From an uncultured Planctomycetaceae bacterium (lineage in GTDB: Bacteria > Planctomycetota > Planctomycetia > Planctomycetales > Planctomycetaceae), in assembly GCA_963815195.1 (NCBI GenBank), contig CAWFGE010000023.1:288001-352000 (forward strand): a stretch of 64,000 bases of DNA. Reading direction: 5' to 3'. Under the pieces are notes generated by a model. It was not told where the DNA came from, made no database searches, and worked only from the letters and a program-made list of their open reading frames with translations. Below are positions 27,304-36,976 of this stretch, one piece after another. The position numbers and the translations under genes are program-made. Numbering within the stretch: position 1 is the stretch's first letter; each line of letters begins with the position of its first letter.

Positions 27304-29157
27304 TTACTCTTTCGGCCAGCCGGGGACGGGGTTATTGAGCGGTTCCGCAAAGGTGGGGTCGTGGCTCAAGAGCATATCCGGGCCGACGAAATAAGTGTGA
27401 AAGTCCGCCACGACGAGGTTATACGCCTGCTGGGGTTTGGTTTCGACTAACTCATCGAGTTTCGCAGCGCCATTGGCCGTGTGAAACAGCGAACCGGGGG
27501 CCGCATCGCGCATCTTGAGCCAGCCCTTGCCGGAAATCCAAAACGTGTGGCCCAGAGTGCAAGTCATCTCGGTTTTGCCGAACCGGGCGGTCACCACGTC
27601 CGCCGGCGGACGCACGGTGGTTCTGAGCACCGGCTGGTAAGCCAGTTCGCCGGTACGCGGATGCTGGGACAAGACCAGATCGCCGACCTGTACTTTTTCC
27701 ACGGGGACGTATCCCTGGTCCGTCCAAATCGGCGTGCCGGCTGTGAGACAGGACATCGGCCCCAATCGCACGAGTCTCAATACAGCCGTGCGCACAACTG
27801 TTTCGCGAGCGTCCGTGTAAACGACGTACTCCATAGGTTTCTCGTCGGGCCTGAAGAGTTGATTGTAATCGTCCCACCACTTCCACCATTTCTTGGGATC
27901 GTTTGGCAAATCCAATCCCGTGGCGGTTTTGAGGACGGCGAAGATCCGATCGTTCGATTCTTTCAGCCGATCGTTTTTCAAGTCCGCCGCGCGATGCTGC
28001 GAATAAGCCTGAAGTTGCTTCTCTAACACTTCGATTTGCATGATCCGGTTGGATTGGTTGCGGTCCGTCAGGTTAATTCTTTGCCATTTGCTTGGGGTAA
28101 AAAACGAGGCCGCGGGAGAACCCGCCAACGGTGGGAGCACATAATTGCTGCGAAACCCAACCTGCGAGTCCCTCCCCGCAATTTGGCGAACGTCTTTCGT
28201 TTCGCTCCGGATGAGATGCGTCAGCCGGACGCCGCTGCGGCCCACGTACAAATGCATTTGCGACTGGATCGGCGTGTGCAGGGACTCCATCAACACGGGG
28301 ACGTAAGTCTCGGGCGGCCGCGACCGAAGCGCTTCGGCAGCCGCTTCGCGGATTGTGACATAGGGAGATAGCACCGCTTGCCGGGCCAGAGAGCGGTCGG
28401 CTTCCACGAGCTTCATTTTCGAAAGCACGTCCACCAACACCTCCGCGGTCTGCCGCGACTTGTCGGACAACGCCGCTTCCAGCGCGGGCAGCACGTCGGG
28501 ATCGTCGATCGCCAAGAGTTCCTGTTGGGCTTTCTCCTGGAGGTCTTTTCGCGGACTTTGCAGTTGCCGGGCGAGGATTTCCAATCTGGGCCGCCACTTT
28601 TTCGCCGCGGCTTCGATTCGCTCGGCCGATTCCAAACTCTCGGCCAGTTCCACGGGCGACATCCAGGCCCCATCCACAAATTGATGCCCCAACCGTGCGC
28701 GGAGTTTTACGTTATTCGCGTTTTGGGAAAGTTCCAAAGCCGCGATCAAGTGGGCCTGTTCCCGCAGAGGCAGGTCGTGGTCCCGGCACCAATCGGCGAG
28801 CTTCAAATGTTCGCCTGCCGTTTGGGGCTTGGGCTTTCGGAGCTTGCGGTATTCCTGCACCTCGGGCCGCTTGGCTTCCTCGGCAGGAATGTCGCGGTAA
28901 TCCTGCCACTCGTCCTGATAGACCAACTCTCCCAACTGCCAGCGCACCGCTGCGGAATTGTTGTCTTTCTTCAAGGCCCATTCCAAAAGCTCCTGCCGTT
29001 TGGCGATATTGCCCTCGATCTCGTGCTGCATGGCGCGACGAATCAGCGTTTCCACGAAATCGGCTTTGGATGGAGGCGCGGCATATGCCGCGGAAGGGTC
29101 GAGAATCAGCCCAATGCCCAAAAGGGGCAGCAGAAGAAACCGAAAGGCAACAGACAT
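27304..29157 (-). CDS. Secreted HEAT-repeat protein with C-terminal Hint (PT-HINT/BIL-like) domain, paralogue 1
   Basis: Signal peptide; S-CLTAGT, TLGH and YNLVVADFHTYFVG...SHD. Confidence 0.88.
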   Translation of the reverse strand: MSVAFRFLLLPLLGIGLILDPSAAYAAPPSKADFVETLIRRAMQHEIEGNIAKRQELLEWALKKDNNSAAVRWQLGELVYQDEWQDYRDIPAEEAKRPEVQEYRKLRKPKPQTAGEHLKLADWCRDHDLPLREQAHLIAALELSQNANNVKLRARLGHQFVDGAWMSPVELAESLESAERIEAAAKKWRPRLEILARQLQSPRKDLQEKAQQELLAIDDPDVLPALEAALSDKSRQTAEVLVDVLSKMKLVEADRSLARQAVLSPYVTIREAAAEALRSRPPETYVPVLMESLHTPIQSQMHLYVGRSGVRLTHLIRSETKDVRQIAGRDSQVGFRSNYVLPPLAGSPAASFFTPSKWQRINLTDRNQSNRIMQIEVLEKQLQAYSQHRAADLKNDRLKESNDRIFAVLKTATGLDLPNDPKKWWKWWDDYNQLFRPDEKPMEYVVYTDARETVVRTAVLRLVRLGPMSCLTAGTPIWTDQGYVPVEKVQVGDLVLSQHPRTGELAYQPVLRTTVRPPADVVTARFGKTEMTCTLGHTFWISGKGWLKMRDAAPGSLFHTANGAAKLDELVETKPQQAYNLVVADFHTYFVGPDMLLSHDPTFAEPLNNPVPGWPKE

Positions 29158-29385
29158 CGCGAAACCTCCAAGGGAGTTGGGGTGCACCGGACCGCAAAAC
29201 CCGCATTTGCAGCGTTTTATCGAGTCGGCCAGCGCGATTCCAGGAGCGATCCGGTCGGAAAAGAACCGAATCGGATCCGCTGTTAATCATATGCGCCCGC
29301 GGGCAGTTTTTGATCGCGTTATTGTGGATTTTTTCCGCAAGGGGTTTATTCCCCTCGCCTTGCGCCTCGCGTTGGTGATATTCTC

Positions 29386-31212
29386 CTAATCCTCCATGCC
29401 CGGGACGAGGTTATTGAGCGGTTCCGCAAAGGTCGGGTCGTGGCTCAAGAGCATATCCTGGCCGACGAAATAAGTGTGAAAGTCCGCCACGACGAGGTTA
29501 TACGCGGGCAGTGGTTTGGCTTCGACTAACTCATCGAGTTTCGCCGCGCCGTTGGCCGTGTGGAACAGGGCGCCAGGGGCCGCATCGCGCATTTTGAGCC
29601 AGCCCTTGCCGGAAATCCAGAACGTGTGGCCCAGAGTGCAGGTCATCTCGGTTTTGCCGAACCGGGCGGTCACCACGTCCGTCGGCGGTCGCACGGTGGT
29701 TCTCAGCACCGGTTGGTAGGCCAGTTCTCCCGACTTGGGATGTTGGGACAACACGAGATCGCCCACCTGCACTTTTTCCACGGGCACATAACCCTGATCC
29801 GTCCAAATCGGCGTCCCGGCCGTGAGACAGGACACCGGGATGACGATCGGAGAACACACAACCTCCCTCGCATCAGTGACGAAATACTCAATGGGCTTCT
29901 CATCAGGCGTATAGAGTTGGTTGTAATTTTCCCACCACTTCCACCACTTTTTGTGGTCGTTGGGCAAATTCAAGCCTGTCGCACTCTGGAGCGAGGCGAA
30001 GATGCGATCGTTCCATTCCTTCAGTTGGTCGTTTTTCAAGTACACCGCCCGTTGTTGCGCATAGGCCTGAATCTGCTTTTCCAATACTTCGGTTTGTATA
30101 GCGCGGTGGTATTTATTTTGTTCAGACTGGTTCCATGCGGCGCGTACGAGGCTGCTCCCTTTTCCGAAGGCTAACCCAGATCCTCGAAGTATTAACGGGA
30201 AACGACGAAACCCCACCTGCGAATCTAGCTCTGCGAGCTGGCGAACGTCCTTGGCCTCGCTGTCGAGCAGATGCGTCAGCCGGACTCCGCTGCGGCCCAC
30301 GAACAATCGCACTTGCGACTGGATCGGCGTGTGCAGGGACTCCATCAATAGGGGGACGTAAGATTCCGGCGGGCGGGACCGCAGGTTTTTGGCGGCGGCT
30401 TCGCGGATGGTGACATAGGGCGATAGCACCGCTTGCCGGGCCAGAGAGCGGCCGGCTTCCACGAGCTTCAATTTCGAAAGCACGTCCACCAACACCTCGG
30501 CGGTCTTGAGCGATGTCTCGGACAACGCCGCTTCCAGCGCGGGCAGCACGTCGGGATCGTCGATCGCCAAGAGTTCCTGTTGGGCTTTCTCCTGGAGGTC
30601 TTTTCGCGGACTTTGCAGTTGCCGGGTGAGGATTTCCAATCTGGGCCGCCACTTTTTCGCCGCGGCTTCGATTCGCTCGGCCGATTCCAAGCTCTCGGCC
30701 AGTTCCACGGGCGACATCCACGCCCCATCCACGAATTGATGCCCCAACCGTGCGCGGAGTTTTACGTTATTCGGGTTTTTAGAAAGTTCCAAAGCCGCGA
30801 TCAAGTGGGCCTGTTCCCGCAGAGGCAGGTCGTGGTCCCGGCACCAATCGGCGAGCTTCAAATGTTCGCCTGCCGTTTGGGGCTTGGGCTTTCGGAGCTT
30901 GCGGTATTCCTGCACCTCGGGCCGCTTGGCTTCCTGAGGTGGAATCTGCCGATAATCCCGCCATTGGTCCTGATACTTGAGTTCTCCCAAGAACCAATGC
31001 GTGGGCGCGGCTTCCTGGTCCTTTTTCAAAGCCCAATTAAGTAGCTCCTGCCGCTTGGCGAGGTTCCCGTCGATCTCGTGCTCCAGCGCTCGGCGGACAA
31101 GGGTTTGAGCGAAATCGGCTTTGACGGGCGGAGCGGCGTCACCCGCGGAGGGCCCCAAAATCAGCGCAACACCCGACACGGGCAGCAGGAAAAACCGAAA
31201 GGCAATAGACAT
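29386..31212 (-). CDS. Secreted HEAT-repeat protein with C-terminal Hint domain, paralogue 2
   Basis: Same architecture as 27304-29157, with long nearly identical tracts. Confidence 0.88.
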   Translation of the reverse strand: MSIAFRFFLLPVSGVALILGPSAGDAAPPVKADFAQTLVRRALEHEIDGNLAKRQELLNWALKKDQEAAPTHWFLGELKYQDQWRDYRQIPPQEAKRPEVQEYRKLRKPKPQTAGEHLKLADWCRDHDLPLREQAHLIAALELSKNPNNVKLRARLGHQFVDGAWMSPVELAESLESAERIEAAAKKWRPRLEILTRQLQSPRKDLQEKAQQELLAIDDPDVLPALEAALSETSLKTAEVLVDVLSKLKLVEAGRSLARQAVLSPYVTIREAAAKNLRSRPPESYVPLLMESLHTPIQSQVRLFVGRSGVRLTHLLDSEAKDVRQLAELDSQVGFRRFPLILRGSGLAFGKGSSLVRAAWNQSEQNKYHRAIQTEVLEKQIQAYAQQRAVYLKNDQLKEWNDRIFASLQSATGLNLPNDHKKWWKWWENYNQLYTPDEKPIEYFVTDAREVVCSPIVIPVSCLTAGTPIWTDQGYVPVEKVQVGDLVLSQHPKSGELAYQPVLRTTVRPPTDVVTARFGKTEMTCTLGHTFWISGKGWLKMRDAAPGALFHTANGAAKLDELVEAKPLPAYNLVVADFHTYFVGQDMLLSHDPTFAEPLNNLVPGMED

Positions 31213-31266
31213 GATGAAGCCTCCTAAAAAGGAATGCTCGAGCCGATCGGCCCGGAGGGGAATGCG

Positions 31267-32604
31267 TCAAGGCGACTCGTAGGATTTGAGCACGCGGGTT
31301 TTTTCCGTATCGAAATCCAGCGGGAAATAGCTGGAAACCATCGTCCGCCGCTTTTCCAGGGCTGCGACGGGATCCGCCTCGTCGGCTTTGGCGGCGGCTT
31401 TGATCGAGGATTTTTCTAACGTCTTTTTCCAGCGGTCCAGAGTTTTGTCCGTCCGCACGATTTCGCCGGTGGCGTTTTTGTACTGGATCGCCGCCTGCTG
31501 GCGGGCGGAGAGCACCTGCCGGGCCTGGGCGGTCAACGACATCGCTTTCTGCTCCAAGGCCGCGTATTGCAGTTGGTAGCGGAGCAATTCCTGCTGGCGT
31601 TGTCCGAGAAGGATGTTGCGCGTATTGGCTTGACGCAGGCTTACGGCGCGGCTCCCCTGATTTTGTTGTTGAAGCTGCATGACGGTGCTCAATTGGCCGA
31701 TTTCAAATTGCGTTTGGGCGATGATCCCGCTGAGCCGCCGCGCCGCCGCGTCCAAGGCGGCATAGTCGCGCTGGAGAGTTTTGAGTTGAGTTTCGGTTTG
31801 TTTCATGTGCTTGTCGTACCAGGCCTTCCACTCGGTGGCCGATTTGCGGGCGTCGTCTTGTTTCTCATCGAGTTCTTGCTGGCGGCCGGACAGGGCCGCC
31901 GTCTTCCGGTCCGCCGATTGTTCGAGTTTCTGTTTCATCTGCTGTTGCTCTTGGTGGATCTCGTTGAACACGCGGACGTACTTTTGCCGGAGCTTCGGTT
32001 GGCCCTCGACCCAGGCCGCGACCATTTCGGGCGTCATCAGTTCGGTGAGTTTCTCCACGTGGGCCGTTTGCTGATCCGGTTTGAGGAAATCCACTCCGGG
32101 CAGTTTGAGATACTCGCAGACTTCGCCCAGCCAGGTTGCGGCCGCGCGGGGTTGGTTCGTTCCAATCCACTCTGCGCCGGGATCCGCCGCCAACTTGGCC
32201 AGTTCAAAGGTGTCCCGCAGAAACCCCTCGCGGTCTTTTTGCAGGATGTCCAGATGAATGACCGCCTGCCACGCCGGGAGATAGTGCACCGCATCGCCCT
32301 TGGCCGCGGCTTGAAACTGCTTGCCGGCCTCTTCGTATTCAAATTCCTTCAGAAGCACGAGGCCCATCGCGTAATCCGGGCGGGGATCCCGGGGGTGCCG
32401 GCGTTTCGCGGATTGGTGTTGTCTGCGGGCTTTGCTTAAGTCTTCGTGCGAATCGAAGAGTTGTTTGACGTTGTCCGCGAACGTTTGCTGTTCCTCCGCC
32501 GACGGGAACAACCGCGGATCGTGGGAAGCGTTTTTTTCTTGCGCTGCGAGGGCCGTTGTCAAGACGAACAGTACAAGCCCGCAGGTCCAAGTGGGTCTGA
32601 ACAT
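31267..32604 (-). CDS. Secreted TPR and coiled-coil protein
   Basis: Signal peptide; TPR-like YAMGLVLLKEFEYEEAGKQF; long Q/K/E-rich heptad region. Confidence 0.75.
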   Translation of the reverse strand: MFRPTWTCGLVLFVLTTALAAQEKNASHDPRLFPSAEEQQTFADNVKQLFDSHEDLSKARRQHQSAKRRHPRDPRPDYAMGLVLLKEFEYEEAGKQFQAAAKGDAVHYLPAWQAVIHLDILQKDREGFLRDTFELAKLAADPGAEWIGTNQPRAAATWLGEVCEYLKLPGVDFLKPDQQTAHVEKLTELMTPEMVAAWVEGQPKLRQKYVRVFNEIHQEQQQMKQKLEQSADRKTAALSGRQQELDEKQDDARKSATEWKAWYDKHMKQTETQLKTLQRDYAALDAAARRLSGIIAQTQFEIGQLSTVMQLQQQNQGSRAVSLRQANTRNILLGQRQQELLRYQLQYAALEQKAMSLTAQARQVLSARQQAAIQYKNATGEIVRTDKTLDRWKKTLEKSSIKAAAKADEADPVAALEKRRTMVSSYFPLDFDTEKTRVLKSYESP

Positions 32605-32863
32605 CGCCTCCTCCGACCATGTGAGAGAGTGCGTGAAGTCAAAACCGATGCGGAGGCTTCCCCGGCATTCGCCCGCCTTGCGAGATGTTGGGAAATGGAA
32701 AACGCAGCCGTTGGTTCAACCGACCGGCTCCACTTAAACCGTAACAAATCTCGCGGACCGTGCCAATCAAAATCGCCGAAAAACGAGTGGAAAGCAACAA
32801 TCCCCACGGATTCGCCTATTGCGGATCAAGGGGCACGAACCGAAGCGCACCGAGGTGGAGCCG

Positions 32864-33064
32864 TTATGTCCCGGGTGCGTTGGATTCCGGATCGTCTTGC
32901 TTTCGTCGTCTCTTTTTCCGGCGGTCTCGCGTTTTTCGGCGTCCGTTCTCCGAATCGACGTCATCGCCTTCGGCTTGACGGCGCTTGGACGTGCGGCGGT
33001 CGCGGCTCTCCCGTTTTTCGAGGAGGTGCATCAGTTCGTCCGGCAAGGGAAGTTCGTTCGGCAT
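32864..33064 (-). CDS. Small Arg-rich protein
   Basis: 66 aa; starts 13 nt after the secretin stop; repeated RDRR motifs. Confidence 0.6.
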   Translation of the reverse strand: MPNELPLPDELMHLLEKRESRDRRTSKRRQAEGDDVDSENGRRKTRDRRKKRRRKQDDPESNAPGT

Positions 33065-33077
33065 GGATCGGTTCCTC

Positions 33078-35044
33078 TCAATTCAGCGGGGTCAATGCGG
33101 GCGCCGGTTCCGGAGGGGGAGCATACGCCGGCGGATTGGGCGAGGAGAACTTCCTTTGCTCCAAGGGCTGAAACAACGCTCCCTCGGAGTACGGCGTATA
33201 GATGGGACAATCGTAGGCACGCGGAATCGGATCGAGTTCCGAACGCGCGGGCAGATAGTAACGCGGTTCCTTCAGCCGGCCTTGGCGGAAACTGGGTCCC
33301 GCGTCCCGCGCTCGATCGCATGAGAACAAGCGCGGATTGAGATACGAATCGGGAAGCTCCGGCTCCAAGTGCGAGCGGTCGGCGGGATAGATCCCGTTCT
33401 CTAGCAGCGGGGTGTGCGCCTTTTCGAGTTCAAAATTTTCGTAGGCTTTGTATTCGCACGAGTAGGGCACGATCCGCGGCAACAAGACCACGATGATCTC
33501 GCTGCGGATGCGGCTCGTGTTGATTCGCCGAAACAAGTGGCCGATGCCCCAAATGTCTCCCAGCACCGGAACTTTGCTTTGCGTGTTGCGGTTGGTTTCC
33601 TGTATCAACCCCCCGATGACCATGCCTTTTCCGTCCTGCAACAAAACCGTCGTCGTGAGTTCGGTCGTTTCTTCTTCCGGCAAGCCGCTCGTGGCGTTGA
33701 TCCGGCCGGTGGAAACCTCCGGCATGACGGTCATGAGAATCTGCCCGTCGCGGGAGATCGTGGGCGTCACCTTGAGCACCACCCCGACCTCCAAAAACTT
33801 CACGCTTTGTAGCGCGCTGGTCTGGGTGGACGTGGTCACGAAATATCCGAGCTGCGAGCCGATCTGGATCCGGGCCTCTTGCCCGTTGACGGCCAGAACT
33901 TTGGGGGACGCCAGCGTCTTGGCGTCGGTCGTTTTCTCGAGCGCCTCGATAATCGCCCCCACGTCATTTCCGTCGAGCCCGACCAAAAGCGCGGGGGAGG
34001 CCGAGGCGTTCGCGAAGCCGACGGTCCGCACGTTGATGTTGGTGTTGGCAATCTTTAGCAGGTTGTCGAAGTTGATGCCGTGTTGGAGTTCGTCGGAGAG
34101 CGTGATCTGGAGAACCTTGGCTTCAATCAGAACCTGGCGGGGCGGGTGGTCCACCTGGGTGATGTAGGCGATGATCCGGTCGAGGACCTCCGGCACATCC
34201 TCGACAGCAATGGTTTCGCGGGTTCGCCGGCGGTCCATGGGGCTGGATTCGATAATGAACGCCCGCCCGGCCGGAGACAACAGGCCTTGCACGGTCTTTT
34301 CAATATCCGCCGCCGCCACGTAGTCCAACTGAAACACCTGCAGGCGCCGGCCCTGCACTTCGGCGCGAGGGGCGTCGCCGAGACGATCGGCGACACATAG
34401 ATGATGTCTTTCTGCCGAGTCCAGCGATAGCCGTTGACCCGCAAGATCGCATCGAGGGCTTGTTCCAAAGGCACATTGGACAACGTGACCGAAACGCTGC
34501 GGTCTCCGCCGTCGGCGGTGACGATGTTCAAGCCGTGCTGTTGGGCAATCAGCGACAACACCGAGCTCAATCGCGCGCGGTGCACGGTCAGGGAAATCCG
34601 ATCGCCCGAGCTTTCGAGCTGCAACTTGGAAGGCGGCTGCGCTCCCGCGAAGGGGATTTGCATCATCGGCTGAGGGGCGGGCGGAAAGACGGGAGCACTC
34701 GGAACCGTTCCCGCTTGAGGCGGCGGCGTGTTCTGCGCAATCCGCGCCGCGGGTTGCGAATCGAATGGCTGCCCCTGGAAACCGGAGAATGCCGTTGGCG
34801 TTTGACGGTTCGGAAAGTCCGACAGCTGGTAAAGAATTCCGTCATCCACCGGCGGGGAAGTCGCAGGGGAAGAGACCGGCGAATCCGAGAAACTCAGCGC
34901 ACGGCGGGGCGGCGCAACTTCCGCGGCGTTGTTCGCGGGTCCGCGGTCAGGATCAAAAGGCGATCCTTCACCGCCCCGAACAAACGTGCCAAAGGCCGCG
35001 ACAAGGAACGGGCAAGCTAAAAGAAGATGGGGACACCATCGCAT
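33078..35044 (-). CDS. Secretin (GspD/PilQ family; frameshift near 34362)
   Basis: STN/N0-like LSLIAQQHGLNIV and VPLEQALDAIL; QVLIEAKV, LASPKVLAVNGQEA, VGVVLKVTP and KVPVLGDI. Confidence 0.9.
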
Positions 35045-35174
35045 GAATTCGACCTGCGTTTCCCGCTTGAATCGCACGTCCCTGAGATTTGTTCGCGACA
35101 AGGTGCTGTGGGTGGAAATATGGAATCACAACTATTTATCGGGCCGATCTCCTCCGGGAATACCGCGCCAATCC

Positions 35175-35774
35175 CTAAAATCCGAATTTTTTACCCAGAA
35201 TCTTTAACCGCTCCAAGAGAGGCTTGAGGAAATAGGAAGACAGCGGGGAGTTCGTGGGTTCGGGCGGCGGGACGTCCGCGATTTGGGATACCCAGATTCC
35301 CTCCTGGCGAATGTCCACGACCCGCAGGTTCTCATCCAGCAAATCGCCGACGCCGACGGTTTTGTTCCCAACGACCGCGACCGGTCCGTTCGGTCCCTGG
35401 TAAATAATCGAGGCCGACTGCGTCTCCCAATGCCTGCGGCTTTCCGCGTTTGATTTCGCCCGGTTTTGCTCTCGGGCGGCTTCGGCGGAAATGGGGGGTT
35501 CGGTTGGTTTCTCGGGTTCCGTCTTGGGCGGGGACGGAAACGGATTGAAGGCCGCAATCTGGTCCAGCGGGAGTTCCGTCCAGAATTTGGCCCGGGGCGC
35601 GGCGGACGAGGTTTTTGTTTCCCCAGGAGCCGGTTTGTTCAAGGCCGGGGGCGGGAGGAGGTTGGAATCCTCGTCGTGCCGGCACAGCATCCAGACCAAT
35701 CCCAGGACCAACACCGGGATCAGCGCGGCTTTTCGTTTTTGTGCCGGATCCTTGAAAGTCGCAGCGAGTTTCAT
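35175..35774 (-). CDS. PilP/MshK-like accessory protein
   Basis: N-terminal TM helix, FNPF, and AVVGNKTVGVGD beta domain; lies between PilO and the secretin. Confidence 0.55.
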   Translation of the reverse strand: MKLAATFKDPAQKRKAALIPVLVLGLVWMLCRHDEDSNLLPPPALNKPAPGETKTSSAAPRAKFWTELPLDQIAAFNPFPSPPKTEPEKPTEPPISAEAAREQNRAKSNAESRRHWETQSASIIYQGPNGPVAVVGNKTVGVGDLLDENLRVVDIRQEGIWVSQIADVPPPEPTNSPLSSYFLKPLLERLKILGKKFGF

Positions 35775-36355
35775 GTGCGGTCCTCCGTTTTCCCCTGACG
35801 AGCCGCGAAGTAGATCTGGGCTTCGATCTTGACGGAAAGCAATTCGCTCCCCGCCGACTTCGGCGCGACGTGCATCCGCGTGATGTGATTCAGCCGAGGC
35901 AGCTTCGCCAGCCCGTCCAAAAACCGGCACAAGGGTCCATACTCCCCGGAGGCGTCGAATTCCGTTTTCACCATGAAATAGTCTTTGAGGACCAGCGGAG
36001 AGCCGGGGCGAAATCCGTGGATCTGAACTCCGTGGCGGTTCGACAATTCCGCCACCTGGCCGAAGAATTCCGACTCGTGGGGATGCATCGGCACGCGTTC
36101 TTCCAACCCTTCCAAGAGTTGCCGCTTGTCGGCGAGTTGCCGGCTGAGCGAGGCGTGCTCGGAGGTGATTTCCGCGGCCCGGTTGAGGAGATGTTTGTCC
36201 TCGGTCATCGCGTGCTCAAGCAACGATGCGGATTCTCGTAGCGGCCGATAGCCGAACCAGCCCAAGGCGGCGACCGCCGACAGCAAGAGCCCTCCGCAGA
36301 CGAGATCGATCGAAAGCGGTTTCATATTGGCTCGCGCGAGAAGTTGGGTCAGCAT
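35771..36355 (-). CDS. PilO-like pilus assembly protein
   Basis: TM helix and coiled coil; GEYGPLCRFLDGLAKLPRL. Confidence 0.8.
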   Translation of the reverse strand: MLTQLLARANMKPLSIDLVCGGLLLSAVAALGWFGYRPLRESASLLEHAMTEDKHLLNRAAEITSEHASLSRQLADKRQLLEGLEERVPMHPHESEFFGQVAELSNRHGVQIHGFRPGSPLVLKDYFMVKTEFDASGEYGPLCRFLDGLAKLPRLNHITRMHVAPKSAGSELLSVKIEAQIYFAARQGKTEDRT

Positions 36356-36367
36356 GGCCGATGTTCC

Positions 36368-36976
36368 TCAATACACGCACTGGACTTCATAATGCCGATC
36401 CACGGCGACGGTTTCGTGTCCGCCGGTGGTGGAGTTCAACTTCACCGAGCGGAACATGTTCGACTGCCGCAGCCTGGTGACGAAATGAGTGACCGCAAGG
36501 TCGTCCTGGGCGATGCCGGTCACGGTGACGACGAGCACGGTCTCTTGTTTTGGCTTCGTTGAACGTTGTGCGGATGCGGGCGATACCGGGAGGTCTCGCA
36601 GAATCTCCTCCGCCCGCAGGCTGTTGACTTGAATCCGCCGGCCCGGATCACGGGCGCTTTGGCTGACGACGCCCAGAATCTGCACCGCCGGGAGTTCGGC
36701 CTCGAGCATCGAGACGAGGTCGTGCTTGGTGCGGAGGTCGTTGAGAATCCGCCGGGCTTCCCTCGACTCGGCGAGCTTCGTTCGCAAGGAGCGGACCCGC
36801 TGGGAGACCAAAAGGCGCTCTTTTGTCAGCCGCGACACGTGCTGCTGTTGCTTAACCAGACTGGCTCCCGTCACGATTCCGATCACGCAAGCAATTCCCA
36901 GCCAGCGCTTCAAACGCTGGACCGAGGCGATGGCTTCTTGAAAGTCTTGCGGGAGCAGATTGATGCGGTCTTTCAT
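36368..36976 (-). CDS. PilN-like pilus assembly protein
   Basis: INLLP motif, TM helix and VTGIA...FVTRLRQSNMF; start overlaps the PilM stop. Confidence 0.85.
   Translation of the reverse strand: MKDRINLLPQDFQEAIASVQRLKRWLGIACVIGIVTGASLVKQQQHVSRLTKERLLVSQRVRSLRTKLAESREARRILNDLRTKHDLVSMLEAELPAVQILGVVSQSARDPGRRIQVNSLRAEEILRDLPVSPASAQRSTKPKQETVLVVTVTGIAQDDLAVTHFVTRLRQSNMFRSVKLNSTTGGHETVAVDRHYEVQCVY

Noticed and set aside
27304..31212. Polymorphic toxin or true intein interpretation of the Hint proteins
   Set aside because: There is no C-terminal toxin, no immunity gene, no terminal Asn, no +1 nucleophile and no homing endonuclease.
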